From NCBI GenBank assembly GCA_965112155.1, contig OZ218103.1: 64,000 bases of DNA. One strand, 5' to 3'. This DNA comes from Podarcis liolepis (lineage: Eukaryota). Positions 23,995 to 37,370 of this stretch are shown here, piece by piece. Numbering within the stretch: position 1 is the first letter of the stretch; each line of letters begins with the position of its first letter. The position numbers and the translations under genes were made by a program. The notes below the pieces were generated by a model that saw nothing but the letters and a program-made list of their open reading frames with translations, was not told where the DNA came from and made no database searches.

Positions 23995-24050
23995 ATGGCT
24001 GCGGTGCCCCCCGATACGTGGCAGCCGCCCACTGTTTCTTTGGAGACTAC
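23995..24050 (+). CDS. PPIL1: PPIL1 exon 1 (MAAVPPDTWQPPTVSLET)
   Basis: Matches human MAAIPPDSWQPPNVYLETS; AC|GTGAGT donor. Confidence 0.96.
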
Positions 24051-24789
24051 GTGAGTGAGGGAAGGGCCCCGGCTCAGTGGTAAAGTAACGTCGCCCGGTA
24101 GGGCTGGGGAAGAGTCTGGGACCCCGGAAGGCCAGTTAGCACAGATGACGCTGAGTCGGAGGGACCCATGGTCTGACCCGGCACGAGGCAAGGCTGGTGT
24201 TTACATCAGCTGTCAAAAAGCTCATTTGCCTTCAGTTGATTTTTTCCCCCGGCCCGCCACTGAGAACTGATTTCCACATTGGCTAATTATATACTAGCTA
24301 CCAAATTCTGCTTAATTTCTGCTTTCTCTCTCTCTCCAGAAACCTATGAGTGTTTCAACAAAGGGACAATCAATTACAAATATGTATTTAAAAAGGGATG
24401 GTGACAAAGCTGGGTGAACAGCCAGTTCTTGTGCTTGGAGAGATACAGAAACATATCATTATGCTTCTTATTCCCCGCATATGTACAAATCTCATAATCT
24501 CTGATCACTGGCCAGGCAGCCATGGGGACAATAGGAGCTGGAATCCAGTGTCTGGAGACCTATAGGTTCCCTATTCCTCCTTTTTATGCTTCTCTGCCTT
24601 TTGTATATTTATGATGGGCAGAAGCTCAACATATGCAGCTTTGCCTATTATGAAGATGCGGTAATATAATATGTTGTGAAACACACAAGGATGGAGGTGA
24701 GATGGGATAGGTAGGATGGCAAGCCTATTCACACTGAATAGTGTATCACGGCTAAAAGCAATTGCTTACAAGGAAGGGGCAATCTTCAG

Positions 24790-25020
24790 TCACCCTTGGG
24801 TAACCATCAGATTAGATCACCATAGTGTATTATAATTGGGGCTGCCACTGAAGATGATTGAGAAACTGGTGAAAGCTCAAAATACAGCTACAAGATTGCT
24901 ACTGAGACCAGGCTTTGTGATCATGTTACATCCCTGCTTTGTCAACTGCACTGACTCCTTATAGGCCCAGTTTAAAATGCTGGTTTTGACTTTAAACACT
25001 TTCCTGGTACCTGAATGATT
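24790..25020 (+). mobile_element. Degenerate L2-like LINE RT fragment in PPIL1 intron 1
   Basis: Decayed RLD...GLPLK...QN.A.RLL...HVT.LL.QLH pattern typical of the L2 ORF2 C-terminus. Confidence 0.55.
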
Positions 25021-25517
25021 GTCTGTCTCTGTGTTTCTGACCAGCCAGTGCAGCTACATCAGCACCCTGGTCCACTGACCAAGGATATATTGTCAGTTCA
25101 CACAGAGGAGGAGGAACAGGACTACATGGACTGTTTCTGCCAGAGGGCCCTACTCACCCTATCAAATGTGGAGTTCCTGTGTCATCTAGGGTGTGGCTGG
25201 TAGATACCAATAGTGGCAACTGATCTGTATATTCCCCCCCCCTAAATAGGGTGATCTTAGTGCCCTCCTTGATATCATTTCAGTGTTATGCAAAGACCTC
25301 CCACTTTCACAGTTTTTTAAAAAATCTAAGCTGTTTATCTTCATCAGGTTTTAAAGCTGCTATTCTTAATGTTTTGCATCTTGATTAGAAAACAAACCTG
25401 ATAAAATTGATAGATTGTAATATGAAGACACACACTTGTGGTTTTTCACCTCGATGTCATTGAATCAATGTGATGTAACAAATGTGTTTGGAATCCTCCT
25501 CTGCCTGTGTTTTGCAG

Positions 25518-25672
25518 AATGGGCGTCATTGTTGTGGAGCTATACTGGAAACATGCACCAAAAACTTGTAAAAATTTTGCTGAACTGGCCAGACGAGGTT
25601 ACTACAATGGCACAAAGTTTCATCGGATAATCAAGGACTTCATGATTCAAGGGGGTGATCCAACAGGAACTG
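25518..25672 (+). CDS. PPIL1: PPIL1 exon 2 ([51 protein letters not shown])
   Basis: Cyclophilin signature [14 protein letters not shown]; TTTGCAG and GTAAG sites. Confidence 0.98.
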
Positions 25673-26116
25673 GTAAGAATATATTCAAAGTACCTGCTTC
25701 AGATACTGTGTTAATCAGTGCTGATGCAAACTAATGTGAATAGTAAAGGTGATGTTAGGATAGTAGATCTTGCAATCATCACCATCATCATCATCCCCCC
25801 AAATCCTGCATAGTTCTCTTGTTATGTTCTGCAAGAATGGGAGAACACATTTATCACACTTGGTGAGGCCAAATGACCCCCTGCTGTAAGATAACATAAA
25901 GATTTCTGACTTAACAGATGGCTACTCTCCCTTTACTCAGAAGCATTATGGTGATATCCATTAATAGTCAGCACTTCCTCTCTTACCAGTAAAATAAAAG
26001 GAGATCATAAATAAATCTTGATGGTCTGGTACTGCACATTCACAAGGAACTTTCAGTATACCTCTGTTCCATTTGTGACTTTGCAGATTGATTTACCTAG
26101 TCTTGTTCTATGACAG

Positions 26117-26185
26117 GAAGAGGAGGCGCATCCATTTATGGCAAGCAATTTGAAGATGAACTCCATCCAGAACTAAAGTTTACAG
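26117..26185 (+). CDS. PPIL1: PPIL1 exon 3 (GRGGASIYGKQFEDELHPELKFT)
   Basis: GACAG acceptor, GTAGGT donor, 69 nt. Confidence 0.97.
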
Positions 26186-27195
26186 GTAGGTAATCTTTTC
26201 AGAGGTGCTTTGAGTTCTTCAGGCCAAGTCTGTCACCACCTGAATATGGCAGTTTCCAAGCTTACAGATGTAAAGTTGCTTTCTGTGCAAGAGCTTCAGG
26301 GTCATGATGGTTGGCAGAATGGATTCCCCTATTCTCTACCCCCCTTTCCACACTCCCATAATCTGCTCTGGAAGATTGGGGGAGTGCAGGAGACTCGAGT
26401 GGGGAGGAGAGGAACAGAGAGTGCTCTTGTGCAAGCAGAAATCTACTTGCAGTGTTAGATATCACCCTCAGGAGCTGTAAGACTGGCTTGAATCTTAAGT
26501 CAGTAAAACTTGGCATCTAAATCTGTTAACTGCTTATGCTATATAATCATGTATCATTAGGTTTCCACTTTGCATATGAAAAATCATTTTTCAAAAAAAT
26601 TCATTTAGTTATTGGTTCGTGTACAGGAGCAGGAAGGAGATTAAACTGTCCTCATCACAGAGTATAGCTTACATTCTTTTCCCATATTGTTGTTGTAAGA
26701 AATGGGCTTCTGTGTTCAAGTTTATACACCTTACACACACACACCACATACATTTCCTAGCAGCCTTAATTTAGAAGTGAAATCTTCATCCAAATGGATT
26801 TTCCAAGGAAAGTGAATAGATGGACAGTGGTGTGTATGTTGGGCAGGGGAGATGGGAACCATCTGAGCCAACTGGGATGCATGAGCAGTCTTGCATTCAC
26901 TATAGAGAAGTTCCATTGATCTCATAGAGCAGAGGTGGCTAACCTATGGCACTCCAGATGTTGTTGGACCATCTTCCATTAGTCCTAGCCAGCATGGCCA
27001 GTGCTCAGGCATGCTAGAAGTTGCAGTACAGCAATGCCTGGAGGTGTGCAGGTTAGGCACCTCTGTCACAAAGTCCTGATCACTTCTAAGGGTGGGCGTA
27101 ACATTTAAAAAACCAAGGTTTTCCCTTTTACTTTGTCTGTATTTAGGTACCTTTAGACTCCTGAGCCAATTTTAACATAAGATTTTCTTCTCTAG

Positions 27196-27416
27196 GTGCA
27201 GGAATTCTTGCTATGGCAAATGCAGGCCCTGACACCAACGGAAGCCAATTCTTTTTCACATTAGCACCAACTCAATGGCTTGATGGGAAGCACACTATAT
27301 TTGGACGTATTTGCCAAGGAATTGGCATAGTCAACAGAGTGGGCATGGTGGAAACCAATGCACAAGATCGTCCAGTAGATGATGTCAAGCTCTTGAAGGT
27401 TTTCCCTTCAGGCTAA
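27196..27416 (+). CDS. PPIL1: PPIL1 exon 4 ([20 protein letters not shown]...[12 protein letters not shown]-stop); spliceosomal cyclophilin, 166 aa in total
   Basis: The four exons sum to 501 nt (166 aa + stop); [24 protein letters not shown] motif. Confidence 0.98.
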
Positions 27417-30400
27417 ACGAGATTTGAGAATTTTGTGTTGAATCTAATGGTATTCCATTGTGTTTGGTCTCTTAAGATGATAATTGTTTTGTTCTGAAAG
27501 ATACTTGCTAGTTTTTTTAGGTGCAGGATACTCCTGTATTAAAATGTGTCTTCTAAAATTATCGTTAACATTTCTTCAAAAATGTAAAGCTAAATTTATC
27601 AAGAAATAATTTGACCTATTTGAACAGGGCCTGTACCACCAAATTACAGTGCTGTTGCTTTCTAAGCTTTATTCTCTCCCACCCCCCCGCCCCCCAGCGT
27701 CCACTTAGACTGCAGCAAGCCATCTGTATTGTAAACAAACCATCTTAAATGCACCAGAAATAAGACAATATATAGTATTTTGTAAGTCATCAGAATTGCA
27801 TATTGGGTCATGGGTGTCTCTGTGGGTCTCAAGACAGCGCTGCCCTAGACTTCCAAGTATACCTTTTACAAGTTGCACAATTGAAAATCTGTACCTAAAC
27901 AAACAACCCCCCTCATCCGCATGACTATTAAAGTATAAGCACTCTAATCTTGAAAAGCCCCAAAATTTGGGATCCCCTCCAAACCGGTGCCAAAGTTTTG
28001 CAGTCGTTTTGCATCACAAACCCTGTTTGTGGAAGCGCCCCCCAAATTGATACATCAAACCAGGGGTCCTTGCAAAACAACTGCACCAGTTTGGAGGGAA
28101 CCCAAAATTCCAGGGTTAGTGTTTGTTCTCAAGATAATATTGAGGGCAGAATCCAGCACTGCTTGTGTGGACTTTCACGGGTGTAGATGGACTTCAGCTT
28201 TTCTTCCTGCCACGCAACCCCAAAATCTGCTCTTTCCAGAGCCAAATTTGAGGGTGTAGGGAACTGCAGGGGGAGAAGAGTAAGGTGGAGTCCTGCTGTA
28301 TGAGTAGAAATCTCCCATTTGTGCACAAACAACATTAGATACAACCTAACCAAATATTTCAATTTATTCTGGCAAAAAGTAGCTCCAAGTAGTGCATTTT
28401 CTAGCATAGATTTGCGGCAGTGAAGTTCCGACTTCAAATCATACTTGGTACCATCAGTTTCCACAGGCACAAAATTGTTTTTCTAAAGTTGTAACAGCTA
28501 TGTAGAGGGCAATGCTAACTGATTCTAAAGTATTGCTCTATATAATGATGATACTTTAGAAAACCTTACTCCTTTCTCAGCACCTAGCAATTGTATGCAG
28601 CTCCCTGAATATGCTCTCAATTCCTCAAGAGCTCCACGGTTGGTGTCTTCTCTCATTTCTGCAGAAAACTTTTATTTAGAAGCTTCACATAGGGAATCTT
28701 TTGCATGGGCCTGTTGATCCAGGAATTCTGTTCAGCATGGAAGAATCCCAGCTTGGGGGTGAGATTGATGGATGCGGCTCTCCCATATCCAGTCAGTTGC
28801 CAGGAGAGAAAACAGATACATTCCCTTTACATTCCGAATGAAGGCGTTTTTTTTTTTTCTTCAGGCTAGGAAGATCAAAGTAAACCATGGAGCTCAGTTC
28901 CTCCCTGGAGCTGGATTAGCCCATGTCAGCACAGTTTCTGTGGCACCCTGTTGCCTTCAAAGGCAGAAGACTCTGGGTTACATCTGCCTGTGTTTCTTTA
29001 ATGAGAGCTTGGGAGTAAGATTTAGCATTTTATGATCTGCACACAAATTAACTCTGTTCAAGGGCAGCAAGATGAACTTAGGGTAGGACAAAAGGATGCA
29101 AACAGCCCCATCAGTATAACTTCCATGATTCCAGCTGCTCTGGCAAAGGGCACATTCCTTTGGCTGCTAGCAGCCCCTATTCTGGAGCCCATGGCTTCCT
29201 ATTTAATTGGCACTGCCAGAGCTGCTTTTGAACATAACCTTGTTTTTCAGGCATTGGGTTTCTTTGGCCCAGTTCTAGGTGGCTAGATGCAGTTGTATGC
29301 CCTTGATCTTGGCATGTGAGCAATTTTCCCACAGTAGACAACATCAATCAACTTCAAGAGCCAGAGTCGCTATGTGATTGGAATAGTAGTGTAATGAGGC
29401 ATATAGCTTACTTAGTTTTCTGAGAATGGGGCATAACAGAACACTTAACCCATGGCTGTTGCGGCTGCTCAGGGCACAAAGAGTCGGCTAGTGAGGGGGT
29501 GGGACTTTGTCTATGAAAGCCCCATAATATATGCAAGAATGCCATGCTAACCACTAGCCCATGTTAGGCAACTGAGTTGCTGTTGTTCTGTTACATGGCC
29601 CCTCCCAAAATGATTTCAACAGATCACATAACCATTATATACCCATGTTCAAAACACAGAAGGCTGTAAATGGTCATTCTTTTCCTAGTAATCAGATTCC
29701 CAGGAATCAGATTCACATCGTTGGCAATCACTTATTACATGGTTAAAAGGCTTGAAAAATGCCATAAAATTGTTTCTCAAAAAAGGCAAGATTTCATGCC
29801 TTCATGGAAAAGTCCAGTGGTTATGTTGCATCATTGATCTGGGAAGCAGACTTTCATGAGCAATATTAATGAACTGATTTATACTGCCATCAATGCATCT
29901 CTTGGTCTAAAGAAGGTATGCCTTGTTTAAATGTTTTGTGTCCTACACAATAAATTTGATCCCTTCCACTTCTTTAGGGGCTGCCTCTGGCAACTCAAGT
30001 GTTATTTGAATGCATTTTTATAACCAAATAAAATATTTTGTAAGTATTTATACATCCATCTCAGTTCTGTTTTTTTATTATCATTACTTTAAAGTGCAAT
30101 TGTTAATCTATATTTGAGTGGGGATTTAAACCCTGGTCTCCCAGGTCCTAGCCCAACTCTCTAACCACTACACCACACAGGCTCTCTGTAGCACCCCCTT
30201 TCCCAGAGGTTTCATGCTCTCCAGCTCCCCATGTACCTTGGTTACACTTTCTAGAATTCTACTTCCTCTCCTCTCTCTGCATGTATATAATAAATGCTAA
30301 TTATTAGTAATTGGTGGGGCATTATGTGTAATCTCTGCAGCTTTCTTCTCAATCATCTCCGGTATTCTTCTGAAGATTATGAGAATCTTCTTATGGCTTC

Positions 30401-31632
30401 TGCCTGAGAAGGCTAAACATTTCACGATGCTGATTGAACTTTTCCCACCCGCCAGCAACGTGAGCTTGGTGGCTCATGAACTTCACTGTCAGATTAAGCA
30501 GACCAGTTGGCACAATTTCAGGCAAGCCAGCTTGGGTGCTCTGCACTCTTTTTAGCCTTTCTGATTTACAGTTTCCAAGTCGGTATCAGAGTTAGGCTGT
30601 ATTAAGTTTGCTTGCTGCTGCTGCTAGGTGCTGTTCACTTCCCTAAGGCCCTGGGTTTGATATCCTTCGATAGAGAAATCAGTTGGGTTTCATGGTAGTG
30701 CCTGTGGTGGCAAGCAGGGGGAACACTCTGGGCAAAGATCCCCTACCCCACATCAGGTTCCCAGAGAAAGAGGAGACTTTCCACCCCACTAAGCACTTTC
30801 AGCCATTACTCAGCTACAATCTCTGCTTCAAAACACACATGCATTTGTTCACCTACCTTGCATCACTTAGATTGGGATGGGAGAAGTTACCATCAATGTT
30901 CTTCCAGCCTACCTATGAGATAATCTCTGTAGGGGAAACCTATTGCTAAAGAATGTTGCCTGTTGAGCAGGTGGGTCAATTGGTTGCTTCCTCCTTGCTT
31001 ATTGGCACATCCTCATGGGTACTGAATTCTCAAGGGCTTTTGGTTTGCTTTCATGTCTTGATTTGCTGTTTGTGCTTCAGGGATGAATGCTAGCAGGCTG
31101 TGGGAGGATCTGCTTTTGGGCTGGCTGAAAGCTGAGTGCTTGTCAGCAGTAGGACAGCAAGATTAATTAACTATACTAGCTCCATCTGTTAGCTTAAGGT
31201 CACCTGGCAGTTGATGTACCATCCCTCACACTACCTCAGTAATTGCTTCTAGAACAGGTGTGAGACATTTGGATACCAGGCCAGTCAGGACTAAGGGTCT
31301 AAGGTACATAAATCTCTCTGATGGATCTGACTTTTGAGCTTCAACATCAACCCAGACCAGGAGGGTGCTGTGTACTGGGCAGCCAGAGTCTGCTCTCATT
31401 CCCCGGAGCTCCTGAGAACTGAAGGGGTATTTTATCTTCTTTATGCTATTGTTATTCTGCTTGAAGACAGCTTTTCATTCTGCGTTCAAGCCTGATACTT
31501 ATAAAAGTACCGAACTTCTCTCCACTAGGGTTATTAATGCAACAGAATCCAAAAGAACTATTGCATTTTGCAAAACCATCTCCAACTATTTCCCAACCAT
31601 TAGCTCCCATTAATGAAATGTATACCGATCTG

Positions 31633-31961
31633 TTATAATAGGTTAAGAATATAGAGTAAAGATAAATGAAAGAGGGTAAGGATTTGCTGAAAGGACTTTG
31701 TAAACGGGAATACAAAAAGGGGAGGTGTGAGGAGGTCAAGGAAATAAGCAAATGAACCTAAAGATATTAAAAAATGGATAATTTATTTTTTAAGATACTT
31801 TTTTTCTTTTTCTTTTCTTTTTTGAATGTCTGCTTTTTTGTATTATTTCATCACACTGTTTTTCTTTTGTATTATTTCATCACACTGTTTTTCTTTTGTA
31901 TTATTTCATCACACTGTTGTTCTTTTGTGTAAAATCTTAATAAACATTTTATATAAAAAAA
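31633..31961 (+). mobile_element. LINE (L1-like) 3'-end insertion with 18-bp TSD and an internal 3x29-bp tandem repeat
   Basis: GAAATGTATACC(G/A)ATCTG at 31615-31632 and 31962-31979; AATAAA + A-tail; unit TTTTGTATTATTTCATCACACTGTTTTTC at ~31836-31925. Confidence 0.75.
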
Positions 31962-34900
31962 GAAATGTATACCAATCTGGGCTATTAACAATCTTGCTTT
32001 AGAAGGGGCGGGTTGCCCAATAACTGCAACAGTATTTTGTGCTTATTTTAACAGTATGTTGTGTTTAGTTTCCATCGTTCTGCATTGGTGATATGTAGAA
32101 AAGTGGGTGGGGAAGAAACTCCCCACCATACCTATCCTGGTGTTGCGACATCTTTAGCCGGCCCCTAGGCGGCAGTCTTATTCCACAGCTATTCTTCCAA
32201 ATGGACTGGCAAGATAATGCTGGATATTTTACTAGTGGCCGTCATGTGGAGCTAGAACTATGCAAGCAGGTGCTCAGGAAGGAGGAAATGCAAGCAGATT
32301 CACTGAATTGTTCAGGGCTGAAGCGGTTAAAGGTTTAAATCGGACTGCCTTGGCATTTCAAAAGGTATATAGGCAGGGCCAACCCAAGACATGGTGGCAC
32401 TTGAGGTGAACAACAAAATGGCACACACCCTCCCCACCAGGGAAGAAGGAGTGAGTGAAGATCTGCTTCAGGCATAAGATCTGCATTGGCATCTGATGCC
32501 CCTGTGGAATCTAATGCCCAAGCTGGTCGCCTCACCTTGCCTCCTGGGTGAGCTGGCCCTGGGTATAGGCAGAACCTCTCCAGAATTTAATTTACAATAC
32601 TTTTTTAAAAACTGTGATGTGAAGTGTATCAGCACTGCCTGGTAATCAAAGGCTTTTCACATTATGTCTTCACATTATGCACCTGAAAATCTCCAGTTAC
32701 TCCCCCCCCCAATAAATTAATCTCAGATTTAAAGGTTAAAATCTTCATAATTCATCACAGAGAGGTGCAGCATCTCTTTCAGGTCATTCCTGGGTTTCAC
32801 ATATGCATCAGTGGACTGATTCAAAACGCTCTGGTTTCCCAGATTATACACATACAACCATGACTAGGGACGACGGAGAAATTCCATTTTGTTTGCATTT
32901 TAATGAGAAACTATCTAATTCACGCTTCTTGAAACAGTATGCCAACCGAAACACAATTATCCTTAGGAATGTGCACTTCTCCGAATTTTGTGATGCAGTT
33001 TTCCAACCAGCCAGGGATTGTTCCATCAGGGAAATGATCTTGGCTTGTCAGATGAAGCCAACCCTCCCCTCTTTCCCCCACATTCTGTTCTGGAGGTTCC
33101 CCTGAGCCTCCACTGCAGAAGAGAAAATCCTTCTGAAGGGCTTCCACTGACAGGACTCATTAGTTGGATCATACCCAATGTGTGTGGAAATAATATATGA
33201 GGGGAAACGTGTACAAAAATGCACGTGTTAGTGAAAATATTAAAATCTGCATCATATTAGGAAGGAAAGTTTGCAAATATTGGGAGAAATTTGTACTAAA
33301 ATGATATTCTTTTTTAAAAAAAAAGCTTCACAAAATGCAGAAAAACAAATGTGGAAAAATGAGAAATGGAAAGAAACCAAAATTGGCAGACTGAATTTGA
33401 TGACAGTATATTATTTTATTATATTTAATTATCACATTTATATCCCACTTTTTTCTCCAAGGAGCTTGGGGTGGTATAAAACGTTCTCCCTCTCCTTATT
33501 TAATCCCTATAGCACTGCTGTGAGGTAGGTTAGACTGACTGCTCCAAAGTCACCCAGTGACTTCATAGCCGAGAGGATTTGAACCCTCATCTACCAATTC
33601 CTGCTCCTGCCACTATACAGTATCACATTGGCTTGGTTCTTTGGGATGAATTGTGAAGTCAGGGTGGGGGGGGGGGAGAGCTTAATAGAGAGAACAAGAG
33701 GGAAAATAAAGCTTTCTGAAAATCGTGTTTCATTTTTCTCAAGTTACCCCTTCACTCTCCCAGATGTTTTATTACATTCTTCAGTGTCATGAGCTGGGAG
33801 GAAACATTATTTTTTAACATGGTTTGTTTTCTCCTTCCATAAGAAAAGCTTTTGAGGGGCTGCACTGATCTTTTCAGATGATCAATCTGCAATCGGTTTT
33901 AAAAGAGAAAAGCAATCTTAAAGTTTACCTGAAAGCAGCTTGGTTAGTGTATGGATGGAGCTGGCTGCCTAGTAACTGTGGAGTTACTGTGGCTTTGTTT
34001 TCCTGGTGCATAAGGCATACTGTAATTTAAGAAAGCTCAAGGCAGCTGCCTCTTTTGACTCTTGAGTTTTCCAGGATTGACTGGTCACAAAATGGGCAAC
34101 TTCTCCACCCTTATTTGCTGTGGGATGAAATAAGGTTCACCCCATTTTGCCACCTGAAGCAAAACAGGAAGGTGTCCCCCACCCCACCCCCCGTGAAGGA
34201 AAGGAAATAAACATCTATCTGACTTTTCGTCATCTGTACAGGGAGTTTTTAATGTTTGAGGTTTTATTGTGTTTTTCATATTTTGTTGGGAGCCACCCAG
34301 AGTGGCTGGGGCAACCCAGTCAGGGTGGGCAGCAATAATAAAATTGTTGTTGTTGAGATCTCACTGGAATCCAGAACCCACTACTCCTTCTACTGGTTTC
34401 TCTGGTAGGGCCGGGTGGGGGCACAAGGGGCACCTGTGGGGGCACCACCCTATGGATTCCACCGCCCCAGGAGGCTGTCTCAGTCTACCTTATAGGTAGG
34501 CTGTCCCTGCTTTGCTTCAGTAGGTTTGGTGGGAGACAGTTTAAGATTCCTCAGGGACTCTGGGAAATGTAGCACTGGTCTAAGCAATAGGAGGGGATAT
34601 ATAATGCCAGCTCCTGGACTGATGTAGCCATCGGCCTTTTTTGGAAGCTGTGGGGTGGGTGATGCTCATCAAAGAAAGCACATAAGATTTAGGGAATCAC
34701 AACTGGTTCAGTCGCACTGGGCGTGGAGCCGGGGGGGGGGGCAACTATGATTTACATTGGAGCATGAGAGGGGGAGTGTTGCTGAATTTTGGCGTCACAT
34801 TGGGGCACCACTGAAATTTGAGACCCCAAGATCCTTCTCTGAGGAGAGAGAAGGCTTAGGGTCTTGTGCAGGCGTTGCCATTCCTGGAATACCAACTGTT

Positions 34901-37072
34901 TTTGTTTGTTTTTGGCCCACTGCTGGCGGAGCCCCTCTGCACCAGGAAAGCCTCCAGGGACAGATCTTTTGCTCCACTGGCAGAGAGAGAGGTCTTCTGT
35001 ATCAAATGCCCCTTCAGCTTCTCCCTTACTAAAATCTTCAGATGGTCCATGTTGTTCTTAAGGCAATGGATTGAGGAATCTTTAAAGATCAATTTGATTG
35101 TTGGACCTTTTTTTTAAGGATTAGATTTTAGTGTATTTTCTGAACACACTGCTGCATTCCATGCAAACAGGACTTAATTGCTGTTTTTACTTTGACTGAG
35201 AGCAAATAATATATATGCACACTATCTGAAAATAGTTTTGCTTAGACATTTCCTGCCTTATTTTCCAAATCAGTTGCTTGCTGAATGCATTTGTCGTGTC
35301 ATCCCTTGCACCATATAATAGAAACTCGTTTCGGAAACAATTGTGTATCCCCTCACAATAAATCCCAGTGCTAAAATCACCTTATCCTGGTCTTACCAAG
35401 CTGACTCAAATTAAATGCAAAAGAATTCCAGAAGCCCACTTCTACCGCCACACAATAGTTATTAATTTATTTTTTTTATTTTTAAACTGTCTCCGTCTCC
35501 AGTGCTGATTCCTCTCACTCCCCACGGCTGCTTCTTGTTACAAAGGTCTTCATCATGTTTGCTTAATGTAATGTGCAGTTTGGTCCATACTGCTAAACCC
35601 CATTTAACTTGGTGGGTCTTTCTTTTGAATTAATGAGCCCACAATCAGACTGTGAATCTCGGACGAGTAATATAATATTTTCCTTGCACACTGGATGCGC
35701 TATAATCAGTGTCCTTATAATGTAACACAGGAGCTTACCAATAGCTTTTGAACTGAGTGCAAATTACACTATAATTATAATTGCCTCTTATTGGCTTCAC
35801 AGTGACAATGTCTTACAGGAAATGTAATCAGCATCTAATTGCCAATTAACCAGAGAAACGCAGCGTCCCCAGCCCAGCAAACACTTACTAGCCATACAGC
35901 TCCAGAAAGCAGCTAACATGTTATGAACAAGGACTTCTTGATGGGGACTGGGGAGAACCCTGCAATTCGGATATTCATTCCTCAAGACTATCAGTAGAGC
36001 TTATATTTCATTATCTTACATTTATCAACTTCCCCCAAGGGTTTTCAGCTACTCTGTACAGAAGTGAGATTGCTGTTGTTAACGGGAGGGTGGTAAGATT
36101 TATGGCTGAAATGACACAATTTGAGTGTAAGCATCTCAAAGATGTTTCCTGACACTTGTCAGCTTGTACAGAGGTATATATAGGAGTGGGCATGTGTGGC
36201 GACAAGATGGGCATTGATTGGCATTGTGGGCGGTTGTTACTGCCCATGCAGATATTTCTGAGGAAAGAAGGCATTTTGAAGGAGGAACGAGGAGGAAGGG
36301 CAAATTGCGCAAAGGAATATGGAAGATTGTGTGTGGCGGTGGCTCTGGGTTGGATCCAGACTAAGACATTTGCAGTTTAAAATACAGCAATGTCACTTTT
36401 CTCTGCTGCATTGCAAGTCACATGTTTACACTGTTGTACACCATAGAGAGGGGACAGAGATATCTTCAGCTGATTTGCATTGCAGGATTTGTTTCTCTGC
36501 GCCGGCAACATCCACAAACTCCTCTGAAGTTGTCGTCTGCACATGTGCAACAGCTATCTCAAAGGTACACACCTCAGCTTAACTAGTGCTGAGGCTGGTT
36601 TGAGGGAAAGCACCTTGAACAGCAGTATTTCTCGGGAAGCGACAGGGTGTGCAGGGACTGTGGTCAATGTCATGTGTGCTTGACTTTGTACACTAAAGGT
36701 GTGAGTGCCCTGGAGGCAGAGTAAACAGTAATATGTACACAGCCCGAATTAGTTGAACTTGGGTCCACATGAAATCGGTGGGATTAAAGTCAATTTATGC
36801 TTAACTTGTCTGATAACTTGGGATACAACCTGATACGTTCTGAGGTGTTCCTAGGCCAAAAATGGAGAACCTGTGCCCCGGCAGATGTTTCTGGACTCCC
36901 ACCAGCCCCAGCCAGCATGGGCAGTGGTCAGGGATGGGGGGGGGGTAATACTCCAGTACCATCTGAGTCAGGAGGGTAGGCACAGATTTTCCAAACCTAT
37001 CCTAGAAACAAAGGTGCATTAAGGGTGCCTCTAAAGACTGCCATTGCCATTGTTGGGGCTGCCCAACAATGT

Positions 37073-37370
37073 GGGCAGTGTGGTGTAGTGGTTAAGAGCA
37101 GTAGTCTTGTAATCTGGGGAACTCGCGTCTCCGCTCCTCCACATGCAGCTGCTGGGTGACCTTGGGCTAGTCACACTTCTTTGAAGTCTCTCAGCCCCAC
37201 TCACCTCACAGAGTGTTTGTTGTGGGGGAGGAAGGGAAAAGAGAATGTTAGCCGCTTTGAGACTCCTTCGGGTAGTGATAAAGCGGGATAGCAAATCCAA
37301 ACTACTACTCTTCTTCTTCTTCTTCTTCTTCTTCTTCTTCTTCTTCTTCTTCTTCTTCTTCTTCTTCTTC
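37073..37370 (+). mobile_element. Squam3-type tRNA-derived SINE with (TTC)n tail
   Basis: GTGTGGTGTAGTGGTTAAGAGC head, GGGTGACCTTGGGC core, (CTT)n tail. Confidence 0.8.

Larger units (their letters stand above)
23560..24200. promoter_or_regulatory. CpG-island bidirectional promoter of PSRC1 (-) and PPIL1 (+)
   Basis: CpG-dense. CHR-like TTCGAA 23791-23796, E2F/CDE-like TCCCGCC 23804-23810, CRE-like GACGTCA 23813-23819, CCAAT box (ATTGG) 23848-23852, ETS/GABPA ACCGGAAGTG 23931-23940. Confidence 0.85.

Noticed and set aside
31836-31925. Three 29-bp direct repeats (CRISPR-like unit length)
   Set aside because: Head-to-tail with no spacers, inside a LINE 3' end in eukaryotic DNA; no cas genes.
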